Positions 8,202-16,487 of a DNA stretch of 64,000 bases are shown here, in pieces. A program made the position numbers and the translations under genes. The stretch comes from Anaerolineae bacterium (GTDB taxonomy: Bacteria > Chloroflexota > Anaerolineae > Fen-1058). The stretch is from positions 4,097 through 68,096 of the forward strand of contig DATDPU010000148.1 of NCBI GenBank assembly GCA_035292585.1. The letters run 5' to 3'. Each line of letters begins with the position of its first letter. Within the stretch, counting starts at the first letter, position 1. Under the pieces are notes generated by a model, which saw nothing but the letters and a program-made list of their open reading frames with translations, did no database searches and was not told where the DNA came from.

Positions 8202-10427
8202 ATGAACTTTCGCGATGTTCAACCGCAATTTAAGGTACTTGTGGACCAGCGACAGTCACGCCGGACCACGCCGGAAATTCTGTGTACGCTGGGACCGGCA
8301 TCGCTTGACCGGCGAACGATTCAACGCCTCGAGCAGAGCGGTGCGACGCTGTTTCGCATCAATCTTTCTCACATCAAGCTGGTGGACTTGCCACGGATGA
8401 TCCAGACGATTCGTGACGCGACGCAAGTCCCTATCTGCCTGGATACCGAGGGGGCGCAGGTCCGCACGGGCGACTTTGTCGACGGCAGCATCCATTTGCG
8501 CGATAACACGGTGGTGCGGGTCCATTTCCGGCGCGTTCCCGCCGACGACAAGAACTTCAACTTATATCCCTCCGGTATTGCGACGCTCTTGCAGCTGGGA
8601 GACTTTGTCAGCATTGACTTCAATTCGGTTCTGGTACAGGTCATTGCCAAGGACAACGATTGCGTCTCGATGCGCGTGCTACAAGGCGGACTCGTGGGCC
8701 AGAACAAGGCCGTCACGGTCGAGCGGGACATCCCGCTGCCGCCCTTAACGGACAAGGACCAGGCGGCCTTGAAGGTCGGCTGCGAAATGGGCCTGTCTCA
8801 TTTCGCGCTCTCCTTTGCCAATCGCGGTGAGGATGTCCAGCAGCTGCGCCGCCTCGTTGGCGAGGGCGCCTTCATCATTTCCAAGATTGAATCGCGCAGC
8901 GGTCTGGAGAATCTCGAGGCGATCGCGGCGGCCTCGGACGCCCTGCTGATCGACCGGGGTGATCTGTCCAGGCAAATCCCCATCGAGTTGCTTCCTCAGA
9001 CACAGAAGAGCGTGATCCAGCGCGCCCAGGCCGCCGGTCGTCGCGTCTATGTCGCCACCAACCTGCTCGAGTCGATGGTCTCGACGCCCACCCCCACGCG
9101 GGCCGAGGTCAACGACATTTACAACACGCTGGCGGATGGCGCCGATGGCCTGGTTCTCGCCGCCGAGACGACGATCGGCAAATATCCCATCCAGTGTGTG
9201 TCCATGGTCAGTAAGGTCATCCGCGCCTTCCAACACGACGAGCCTGACGACGGCCAGTTTTATCCACTCAATGCCATCTCGCTGCTCATCGAGCCGCATG
9301 GGGGGCGGCTGGTGCACCGCGAAGCGGGTCCCGCCGACCTGGATGCTATCGAGCGTCTGCCGCGCCTGGCCATCCCCGAGCGGGAACTCATGGACTGCGA
9401 GCAGTTCGGCTACGGCACCTACTCCCCACTCACCGGGTTCATGACGCACGAAATGCTCGATTCGGTTCTGGATACGTACCGTCTGCCCGGCGGCGAAGTC
9501 TGGACGTTGCCGATCCTGCTGCAAGTCAACTCGGCAGACATCGCCGCCATTTCGCTTGGGGAGCGCGTCGCCCTGACCGACGCACAGGGAATCGTTCACG
9601 CCCTGCTCGATGTTTCCGAGGTCTACCGCTACGATCTCGAAAGTCTCGCCGCGCGGATGTACGGGACGACCAGCCGCAATCATCCCGGCGTCGCCAGGCT
9701 GATGCGCCGGGGCGACTGCTTTTTGGGTGGCGATGTGACGCTCGTCCAACCGCTGGCCTCCCCCCTCCGGCATTACCTGCTCACGCCGACACAGACCCGC
9801 TTCATCTTCACGCGGCTGGGCTGGTCGCAAGTCGTTGCGTTCCATAGTCGAAATCCGGCGCACCGCGGGCACGAGTCGATCCAGCTACAGGCCTTAGAGC
9901 GCACCGGCGCAGATGGGATTTATATCAACCCCGTGACCGGGCCGAAAAAACCGGGTGACTTCTTGCCCGAGCCGATCCTGCTCAGTTACCAGACGCTGCT
10001 CGAGTTCGGCTGCTATCCGAAGGGCAAGGTCGTCCTGGGTAGTTTTTTCACCTATTCGCGCTACGCGGGACCGCGCGAGGCGGTCTTTACGGCGCTGTGT
10101 CGCAAGAACATGGGCTGCAGTCATTTCATCATCGGCCGCGACCATACGGGAGTCGGCAGTTTCTATCCTCCCAACGCCAATCGCGAGTTGTTTGAGTCCC
10201 TCGGCGACATGGGTGTCAAGCCCGTGTTCTTTGACACGGTGGGCTACAACAGCCAGACTGGCAACTACGAAGTCGATCAGGGTCAGCCGCTCTCGATGAT
10301 CTCGGGCACCGAGGTACGCGAGACCCTGCGGGCCGACAGACGCCTGCCGGACTGGTTTATGCGCGACCTGGTTCAGGAAGTGCTGCTGGCGGAAATGAGA
10401 AGCGGCAAATCGATGTTCTACGAATAG
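8202..10427 (+). CDS. Fusion protein: pyruvate-kinase-like barrel (A+B domains) + sulfate adenylyltransferase (ATP sulfurylase)
   Basis: Residues ~25-345 show PK blocks ILCTLGPAS, FRINLSH, LDTEGAQVRTG, SKIESRSG, IDRGDLS, ATNLLESM..PTRAEVNDI, AAETTIGKYP, and the PK C-terminal domain is absent. Residues ~350-741 are a full Sat: LIEPHGGRLV, VAFHSRNPAHRGHE, YAGPREAVF, IIGRDHTGVG. The frame is open with no internal stop. Confidence 0.85.
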   Translation: MNFRDVQPQFKVLVDQRQSRRTTPEILCTLGPASLDRRTIQRLEQSGATLFRINLSHIKLVDLPRMIQTIRDATQVPICLDTEGAQVRTGDFVDGSIHLRDNTVVRVHFRRVPADDKNFNLYPSGIATLLQLGDFVSIDFNSVLVQVIAKDNDCVSMRVLQGGLVGQNKAVTVERDIPLPPLTDKDQAALKVGCEMGLSHFALSFANRGEDVQQLRRLVGEGAFIISKIESRSGLENLEAIAAASDALLIDRGDLSRQIPIELLPQTQKSVIQRAQAAGRRVYVATNLLESMVSTPTPTRAEVNDIYNTLADGADGLVLAAETTIGKYPIQCVSMVSKVIRAFQHDEPDDGQFYPLNAISLLIEPHGGRLVHREAGPADLDAIERLPRLAIPERELMDCEQFGYGTYSPLTGFMTHEMLDSVLDTYRLPGGEVWTLPILLQVNSADIAAISLGERVALTDAQGIVHALLDVSEVYRYDLESLAARMYGTTSRNHPGVARLMRRGDCFLGGDVTLVQPLASPLRHYLLTPTQTRFIFTRLGWSQVVAFHSRNPAHRGHESIQLQALERTGADGIYINPVTGPKKPGDFLPEPILLSYQTLLEFGCYPKGKVVLGSFFTYSRYAGPREAVFTALCRKNMGCSHFIIGRDHTGVGSFYPPNANRELFESLGDMGVKPVFFDTVGYNSQTGNYEVDQGQPLSMISGTEVRETLRADRRLPDWFMRDLVQEVLLAEMRSGKSMFYE

Positions 10428-10479
10428 CGCCCCATGCTCAGGCAGCCGCAGAGCAGCCTATAAGGATTCGGAGAGAAAC

Positions 10480-11817
10480 TTGAATACACCTGTCCGCAAC
10501 GCGCCTTCCGGCTTAAGTCTACGAGCCAATTTCTCATGGACATTCATCGGCAACACCGTTAATGCTGGTTCCTGGTTTTTAATGACAGCCGTGCTGGCCA
10601 AACTTGGCTCGCCTGAGCATGTCGGCCAGTTTGCGCTGGGGTTGGCGCTGACTGCGCCGATCTTCATGTTTGCTACTTTGCGCTTGCGCGATGTTCAGGC
10701 CACGGATCATAAGCAAGAGTATCTTTTTGGCGACTATTTCGCGATGCGCCTGATTACGACCGGCCTGGCCCTGCTGGCTGTGGTGGGGATGGTCGTCGTT
10801 TCAGGTTTCGAATTGGAAGTGTCGCTGGTTATACTGGCGACAGCGATGTCCAAAGCGGTGGAAGCGATTAGTGATGCTTTTTATGGCCTCTTCATGCAGC
10901 AGGAACGATTGGACCGGATTGCCAAGTCCATGATCATCAAGGGACCGTTGTCGTTGCTCGGTCTTGGCCTCGGCTTTTATCTGACGGGCAGCGTTTTCTG
11001 GGGGGTGATCGGTTTGACTCTGGCGCGGGCGGTGATGACGGTAGGTTATGATATTCGAAACGCGACCTTGACTCTGAATCCAGCCGCGCAGCTAATGGGT
11101 CATATCATTCCAAAAGATTTTCCGGGGCCGCGCTGGAATCGCGTCATCCTGACCAGATTGTTCTGGCTTACCTTACCCTTGGGCCTTGTAACCATGTTGA
11201 TCTCATTCAATGCCAATGTTCCCCGTTATTTCATCGAGGGATATCTGGGTGTGCATCTGCTCGGCATCTTTGCCGCCATAACCGCTTTCCAAAAGGCCGC
11301 CCCGACGGTGGTACAGGCGCTGGGGCGCTCGGCCAGTCCGCGATTAGCCAAGTACTATGCCGCAGACAACATCAGGGCGTTTCGTAAACTCACGTTTCGA
11401 CTCATCGGGATTGGCGCCCTGTTAGGTAGCGCCGGACTCCTGGTCGCTTTGGTTGCCGGACGTGAACTTCTGACTTTGTTCTACGGAGCGGAGTACGCGC
11501 TGCCTGGACTGTTTGTCTTGGTCATGATAGACGCCGGACTCGACTACATATCAACGATGCTTCTTTTTGTCATCACCTCGGCCAGGTATCTGAGAGTACA
11601 GTTACCCTTGTATCTGCTCACGACCGCTACCGTAGCTCTGGGTTGTTACCTACTCGTTCCGTCTAGCGGGTTGCAGGGAGCTGCTCTGGCCATCATTATT
11701 TCGGAGATTGTTCGGCTGGTGGGCAGTCTCGCTGTTGTTTGGCACGCGCTGCGTTCGCTCCACCGGCACTCCCGGACGCCGGCCCCCCAGATTTCAGCCT
11801 ACAAACTTCAGGGGTAG
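10480..11817 (+). CDS. Oligosaccharide/polysaccharide flippase (Wzx, MOP superfamily)
   Basis: 445 aa with about 12 TM helices throughout. Position in a Wzy-dependent locus. TTG start preceded by GGAGAG. Confidence 0.75.
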   Translation: MNTPVRNAPSGLSLRANFSWTFIGNTVNAGSWFLMTAVLAKLGSPEHVGQFALGLALTAPIFMFATLRLRDVQATDHKQEYLFGDYFAMRLITTGLALLAVVGMVVVSGFELEVSLVILATAMSKAVEAISDAFYGLFMQQERLDRIAKSMIIKGPLSLLGLGLGFYLTGSVFWGVIGLTLARAVMTVGYDIRNATLTLNPAAQLMGHIIPKDFPGPRWNRVILTRLFWLTLPLGLVTMLISFNANVPRYFIEGYLGVHLLGIFAAITAFQKAAPTVVQALGRSASPRLAKYYAADNIRAFRKLTFRLIGIGALLGSAGLLVALVAGRELLTLFYGAEYALPGLFVLVMIDAGLDYISTMLLFVITSARYLRVQLPLYLLTTATVALGCYLLVPSSGLQGAALAIIISEIVRLVGSLAVVWHALRSLHRHSRTPAPQISAYKLQG

Positions 11818-11823
11818 GTTTAA

Positions 11824-13356
11824 ATGCTAAAAGAGCCTTTTCCTACGCACCAGGAGATTACCTTGACCGCAACATTGGTCGATGGCCTCGTAGCTACCTT
11901 CAATCGGGAAGAGATTGTGTATTGCCATTGGAAAAGTAACATTGATCTGGCCCAGGCCACGGCCGGCAAGACCGATCTCGATCTACTTGTCGATCGGAAA
12001 TCGTTGGCGCCGGCGCTTACCATTCTTTCGCGTCTCGGATTCAAGGCCGCCGTTGCCCGCTGGGGAGCAAATCCGCCGAGTATCTGCCATTTTTACGGTC
12101 TCGATCCAGACACCCACGCGCTGATTCATGTCCATCTTTTCACCCGGGTGCTCACGGGTGAATCCTATGTGAAAAGTCATCTGTTTCCTTTTGAGTCGAT
12201 GCTGCTAGAGAATGCGACCTATTCTGATCGAATTCGGGTAACCTCCAAGCCGGCCGAGCTCGTCTTGTTTACTCTGCGAATGTTCGTCAAGTACGGCTCG
12301 TTGCTCGATCTCGTAGCTCTGCGGCGAAAGTCTGAGAGCCTCAGAGCAGAGGTCCGCTGGCTGCAAGACGGCGATGATCTGACCGAGGCGTTGTCCTTGT
12401 TGAAGCAACATTGCCCGGTGATAGACGAGCAATTGTTTGTCACGTGCGTTGAGACCCTCAATAGCCATCGTCCGCTCATTAGCAGAATGATATTGGCCCA
12501 ACAAATCCGGCGACGGCTTAAGGTGTATGCCAAGTACGCCTTTTTCAAGCGGCTCCTGGCCTATACTCAGGTGCTGTGGGCTGAAGTGCAGCGGCGTCTG
12601 GGAACAAAACAGAAGAATAAGGTATTACGGGCAGGGGGGAGCGTCATTGCTTTTGTCGGCGCGGATGCAACCGGTAAATCCACGCTCGTCACAGAGACGG
12701 GGCGCTGGTTAGGTGATACGTTCACCGTCAACGTTATCCACACCGGCAAACCACCGTCATCCTGGTTGACAACCCCGGTCAATCTTGTCTTGCCGCTGGT
12801 TCGCCGCCTAACATCTTCACGCCGTGAGAAGCATCTTGAAAGTCAGACCGCCTCAAGCGGTTCGGAGCCGGCCTGGCACGAATTCAAGGGTCTGTCTTCT
12901 TTACCCTATGCGTTGAGAGCCGTTACCCTGGCCTGGGATCGGCAGCGGCTCATACTCAAGGCCAGACGTCTGGCCGCAGAGGGTGAAATCATTGTCTGCG
13001 ATCGCTATCCGTCAAGGATAACCGGGGCCATGGACAGTCCTCGGTTAGTGGAAGCGCCGCTCAAGAGGGGGCTGGTGGCGACAATCTATAATCGCCTGAC
13101 CCGGCTTGAAGAACGACTTTACAGGCAAATTCCGCCCCCCGACATTGTCCTCAAGCTCAAGGTGTCACTCGCCACGGCCAAAAGACGAAATCGTGACCGC
13201 AACGCGCAAGATGGCGATGCTTACCTGGAAGGTCGTCACCGCCAGAGCCAGGAATGGCATATGCCTGGGACAAGGTATGTATACGATATAGATACCGAGC
13301 AATCTCTGAAAGAGACCATTCGTTGTGTCAAGCAGGCCATTTGGGAATCACTCTAG
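11824..13356 (+). CDS. Two-domain protein: nucleotidyltransferase-like N-terminus (NTP_transf_5-like) + thymidylate-kinase-like P-loop C-terminus
   Basis: N-terminus: GKTDLDLLVD, LSRLGF, IHVHLF pattern. C-terminus: IAFVGADATGKSTLV (Walker A), VCDRYPS (DRY-type motif), PPDIVLKLKVSLATAKRR (lid-like). Confidence 0.55.
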   Translation: MLKEPFPTHQEITLTATLVDGLVATFNREEIVYCHWKSNIDLAQATAGKTDLDLLVDRKSLAPALTILSRLGFKAAVARWGANPPSICHFYGLDPDTHALIHVHLFTRVLTGESYVKSHLFPFESMLLENATYSDRIRVTSKPAELVLFTLRMFVKYGSLLDLVALRRKSESLRAEVRWLQDGDDLTEALSLLKQHCPVIDEQLFVTCVETLNSHRPLISRMILAQQIRRRLKVYAKYAFFKRLLAYTQVLWAEVQRRLGTKQKNKVLRAGGSVIAFVGADATGKSTLVTETGRWLGDTFTVNVIHTGKPPSSWLTTPVNLVLPLVRRLTSSRREKHLESQTASSGSEPAWHEFKGLSSLPYALRAVTLAWDRQRLILKARRLAAEGEIIVCDRYPSRITGAMDSPRLVEAPLKRGLVATIYNRLTRLEERLYRQIPPPDIVLKLKVSLATAKRRNRDRNAQDGDAYLEGRHRQSQEWHMPGTRYVYDIDTEQSLKETIRCVKQAIWESL

Positions 13357-13610
13357 TGCTTCGACAACTTGAAGTTGCATAGTTCCTGCCGCAGTTGCAG
13401 TGCGCAGCCGCCCCGTGGGCCTGCGGCGGACGGCAGTGCAACTGCCGTCCCAACCCCGCAGAATTAGGCGGTCGGGGTACTAGTGCTTCGACAATTTGAA
13501 GTTGCGTAGTTCCCGCCGCAGTTCATTGCCTTCTAAAGAGGGCGGCGGCCTGCCGACGATCGCAGCGAAGAGGGTTGTGCCATCCGAACCCCGCAGAAGT
13601 AAGTGGTCAA
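13353..13610. repeat. Two tandem ~127-bp modules sharing CTAGTGCTTCGACAAYTTGAAGTTGCRTAGTTCCYGCCGCAGTT heads
   Basis: The head sequence occurs at 13353 and 13480. Both modules end in CCGAACCCCGCAGAAKTA-like tails. Module 1 contains the palindromic word GCAGTTGCAGTGC / GGCAGTGCAACTGCC. Confidence 0.7.
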
Positions 13611-13643
13611 GGGCTAAGTACCCTACCACAGGGAAAATGACGG

Positions 13644-13772
13644 GTAGCTTAGCCCCTGGTGGGCGTCTGATGGGCACGAGTTTCGATGAGGCATTCGTCC
13701 TGGCCTACTCAACCAGGTAGTTTAGCCCCTGGTGGGCGTCTGACGGGCACGAGGCCCTACGCTACGCCCATC
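13644..13772 (-). repeat. Two REP-B copies (GTAG..TAGCCCCTGGTGGGCGTCTGAYGGGCACGAG)
   Basis: Copies at 13644-13680 and 13717-13772 are near-identical. Both are the reverse complement of the 29120-29190 copy. Confidence 0.75.
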
Positions 13773-13819
13773 AAAATCACTGTGGCGGAGCACTAGCGCC
13801 ATGAGAAAGGAAACTAAAT

Positions 13820-14923
13820 GTGAAAATTGCTTTCATAATCACCCGGTCGGATGACATCGGTGGGGCGCAGATCCACGTCAGGGATTTGTCGACGGCGCTC
13901 AGGGCAGCCGGCCACGACGCGGTGGTCCTCGCCGGCGCCAACGGTGTCCTCGCAGACGAACTGCGCGCGCACGGCGTTCCATATTATTCCCTACGTTATC
14001 TGGCCCGAGAAGTTGGACCACTCCACGACGTCCGCACCGTCTCGGAACTTCGCGAGACGCTGCGCGAAATCCGGCCTGACATCATTTCCACCCATTCTAC
14101 CAAGGCCGGGTTCATCGGCCGAATCGCCGGCAAGACGCTCGGCATCCCCACCCTGTTCACGGCGCACGGCTGGGGGTTCACCGACGGGCGCCCGCCTCTC
14201 CAGGCGTTCGCGTTCTGGGCGGTCGAACGGGCAACCGCGGCGTGGGCGGCGCGGATCATCACGGTGTGTGAGTCGGATCGCACGGCTGCCGTTCGCGCGC
14301 GTGTGACAGCCAGCGATCGCCTGGTAACCATTCACAACGCCATGCCCGACATCGACACAACACTGCGGGCCAGGCCGGGCAATTCGCCGGCGCAGTTAGT
14401 GATGGTCGCTAGACTTTCGCGCTGGAAAGACCAGCCAACCCTGCTGCATGCCCTTTCGGGCTTGAAGGCTCTGGATTGGCAGCTCGAGTTGGTTGGCGAC
14501 GGTCCCCTGCGTGGGCCGCTCGAAGAGCTGGCCCAAAGTCTGGGCCTCACGTCGCGGGTGACCTTCCTCGGCTTCCGCCGCGACGTTCCCGAGCGGATCG
14601 CCGAAGCGCAAGTGTTTCTGCTCATCAGCAAGTGGGAGGGCTTCCCGCGTTCCATACTCGAGGCCATGCGCGCTGGTCTGCCCGTGATTGCATCCGCTGT
14701 GGGTGGGGTTCGGGAATCTGTGGTGGATGGGACAACCGGCTTTGTGATTCCGCGTGGAGATGCAGTCCGTTTACGCGAATGCCTGCGCCAGCTCATCACG
14801 AGCTCCGAGCTGCGCGTCAGTATGGGCGAAGCCGGCCGCGCCCGTTATGAGGAAATGTTCACCTTCGATCGCCTGGTTGAGCGAACCACGCAGGTGTATG
14901 AATCGGTCCTGGGAAGGAGATAG
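13820..14923 (+). CDS. Glycosyltransferase family 4
   Basis: GTG start giving VKIAFIIT. GT-B fold signature EGFPRSILEAMRAGLPVIASAVGG (E-x7-E). Confidence 0.85.
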   Translation: MKIAFIITRSDDIGGAQIHVRDLSTALRAAGHDAVVLAGANGVLADELRAHGVPYYSLRYLAREVGPLHDVRTVSELRETLREIRPDIISTHSTKAGFIGRIAGKTLGIPTLFTAHGWGFTDGRPPLQAFAFWAVERATAAWAARIITVCESDRTAAVRARVTASDRLVTIHNAMPDIDTTLRARPGNSPAQLVMVARLSRWKDQPTLLHALSGLKALDWQLELVGDGPLRGPLEELAQSLGLTSRVTFLGFRRDVPERIAEAQVFLLISKWEGFPRSILEAMRAGLPVIASAVGGVRESVVDGTTGFVIPRGDAVRLRECLRQLITSSELRVSMGEAGRARYEEMFTFDRLVERTTQVYESVLGRR

Positions 14924-14928
14924 CAGCC

Positions 14929-15825
14929 TTGAATTCAGTCATGGTCAACACCCCATTAAACGTAACCCGCTGCCCGATCTGTGGCGCAGACAGCCGGTAC
15001 CTCCGAAGAGGCTACTATGTCAAATGCTCGGAGTGCAAAGTGGCTTTTCGGGAGCAGCATGAATCCGTCGCTGAACTGGATGAATATTGGCAGAAAGAGT
15101 TTTGGACAGACGAAGAGATAGCGAAGCGTAAAAATCGCGAGCCTGTGTTTCGAGACGCCTTTGAGCTGTTGCGCCATCAGAAGCCCAACGGCGGGGCCGT
15201 CCTGGACATTGGTTGCGGTATTGGCACTTTTCTTGCGGTATGCCGCGCCGGGGGCTGGAACGTGACCGGCGTCGAGCCTTCGTCCATCGCCTGTGAAGTC
15301 GCCAGACGAGAGTACGGACTCGAGCTGATCAACGAGCCGTTCTCGAGCGCCATGTTCCAGGGGAAGAAATTCGACGCGATCTTCGCCGCCCAGGTTCTCC
15401 ATCACCTGCCGGACCCGGCGGCTTTTGTCGCGGATATCGACCGCGTGCTGGCCGACGACGGAATTCTGATCCTGCGAACACCCAACTTAATCCCGCTAGA
15501 ACTGAGTCTACTCCTACAACGCCTTCTCGGCCGGGAAAAAGAATTTTTCTGCGGCCCCGCCCTATACACGTTTCATCCGAATACGTTGTCGCTACTTTTC
15601 CGGCGGCTAGACTATCGTGAAGTCACGTTCGTGAATTCCAGACCGTACCTGGAGACGCCAGCTGCGCCCCGGCAGCCCGGTCAGTCCGTCGGCGCAAATC
15701 TCCGGCGCCTTTCGGTAACAGCGCTTAAGCGGGCAACCTATGGCGCCGTAGAGGTCGTCCACAAGCTGAGCAGTGGACGGGTGGTTGTGGGTCCTTCGAT
15801 CTTTGTGGTTGCCCGAAAGAAGTAG
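14929..15825 (+). CDS. Class I SAM-dependent methyltransferase with N-terminal zinc ribbon
   Basis: CPICG...CSEC ribbon and SAM motif I VLDIGCGIGTF. TTG start 9 nt after GGAAGGAGA. Confidence 0.8.
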   Translation: MNSVMVNTPLNVTRCPICGADSRYLRRGYYVKCSECKVAFREQHESVAELDEYWQKEFWTDEEIAKRKNREPVFRDAFELLRHQKPNGGAVLDIGCGIGTFLAVCRAGGWNVTGVEPSSIACEVARREYGLELINEPFSSAMFQGKKFDAIFAAQVLHHLPDPAAFVADIDRVLADDGILILRTPNLIPLELSLLLQRLLGREKEFFCGPALYTFHPNTLSLLFRRLDYREVTFVNSRPYLETPAAPRQPGQSVGANLRRLSVTALKRATYGAVEVVHKLSSGRVVVGPSIFVVARKK

Positions 15826-15858
15826 CGCTCGACACGTCACGTATGCGGGAGGCGCAAG

Positions 15859-16470
15859 ATGGTCAAATATGTTGGGGAGGTCATTCGTCATACGTTCTCC
15901 CTGCGATTCCTTGTCTCGGTGTTCTACAGTTTCGCTTACTACATCCACGAGCACGTAGTCTGGCGAGCCAACATCCATGCGGCGAGGGATGTCAGGATCC
16001 ACGCCACGGCTTCCATAAGAAACGCGCAGAACGTCTACGTGGGTAAAAATTCCCACATCAATCACTTGTGTTGCGTCTGGGCTACCGAAAACTCGAAAAT
16101 AGTCCTGGGTGACAACCTTCTAATGGGGCCTGGGGTCTGCATATTTTCGAGCAACCACAGCATGGTCAAGGGCCAGCCGATGACGTTCCAGGAACGGAAA
16201 GAGGCGTCGATCGTGATTGGGGACGACGTGTGGTTGGGCGCGCACAGCGTGATCACTGCCGGAACGCAGATAGCGAACGGCGTTATCGTCGCCGCGGGCG
16301 CCGTCGTGACCCGCAGCATCACTCAGGAAGGCGTGATCGTCGGCGGGATTCCCGCGAAGATTATCGGGGAGCGGCCCTCGGCCCCCGAGCTCAATATCAA
16401 CACCCTGGACGCCCTGGTAAAGGTTGGCGCTCCCGGCTTCAACGGGAAAAAGGACGCGGGTGAACACTGA
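15859..16470 (+). CDS. Hexapeptide-repeat (LbH) O-acetyltransferase
   Basis: Left-handed beta-helix repeats (IGDDVWLGAHSVITAGTQIANGVIVAAGAVVT), as in WcaF/maltose O-acetyltransferase-like enzymes. Confidence 0.8.
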   Translation: MVKYVGEVIRHTFSLRFLVSVFYSFAYYIHEHVVWRANIHAARDVRIHATASIRNAQNVYVGKNSHINHLCCVWATENSKIVLGDNLLMGPGVCIFSSNHSMVKGQPMTFQERKEASIVIGDDVWLGAHSVITAGTQIANGVIVAAGAVVTRSITQEGVIVGGIPAKIIGERPSAPELNINTLDALVKVGAPGFNGKKDAGEH

Positions 16471-16487
16471 TTCACACGGATATCGAA

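Noticed and set aside
8745-9872. 375-aa antisense ORF opposite the PK-ATP sulfurylase gene. Similar long antisense or alternate-frame ORFs occur at 17591-18505, 27893-28945, 29486-30448, 31944-33155, 35458-36774, 49086-50222, 56471-57190 and 60772-61719.
   Set aside because: Their R/A/G/P-rich low-complexity translations have no motifs. Each lies opposite a gene with clear family signatures, which is the typical stop-codon-poor antisense frame of high-GC DNA.
13480-13720. ORFs of 65-74 aa on both strands in the 13.4-13.8 kb spacer.
   Set aside because: They lie entirely within the repeat modules and REP-B copies, with no RBS and no recognisable fold.
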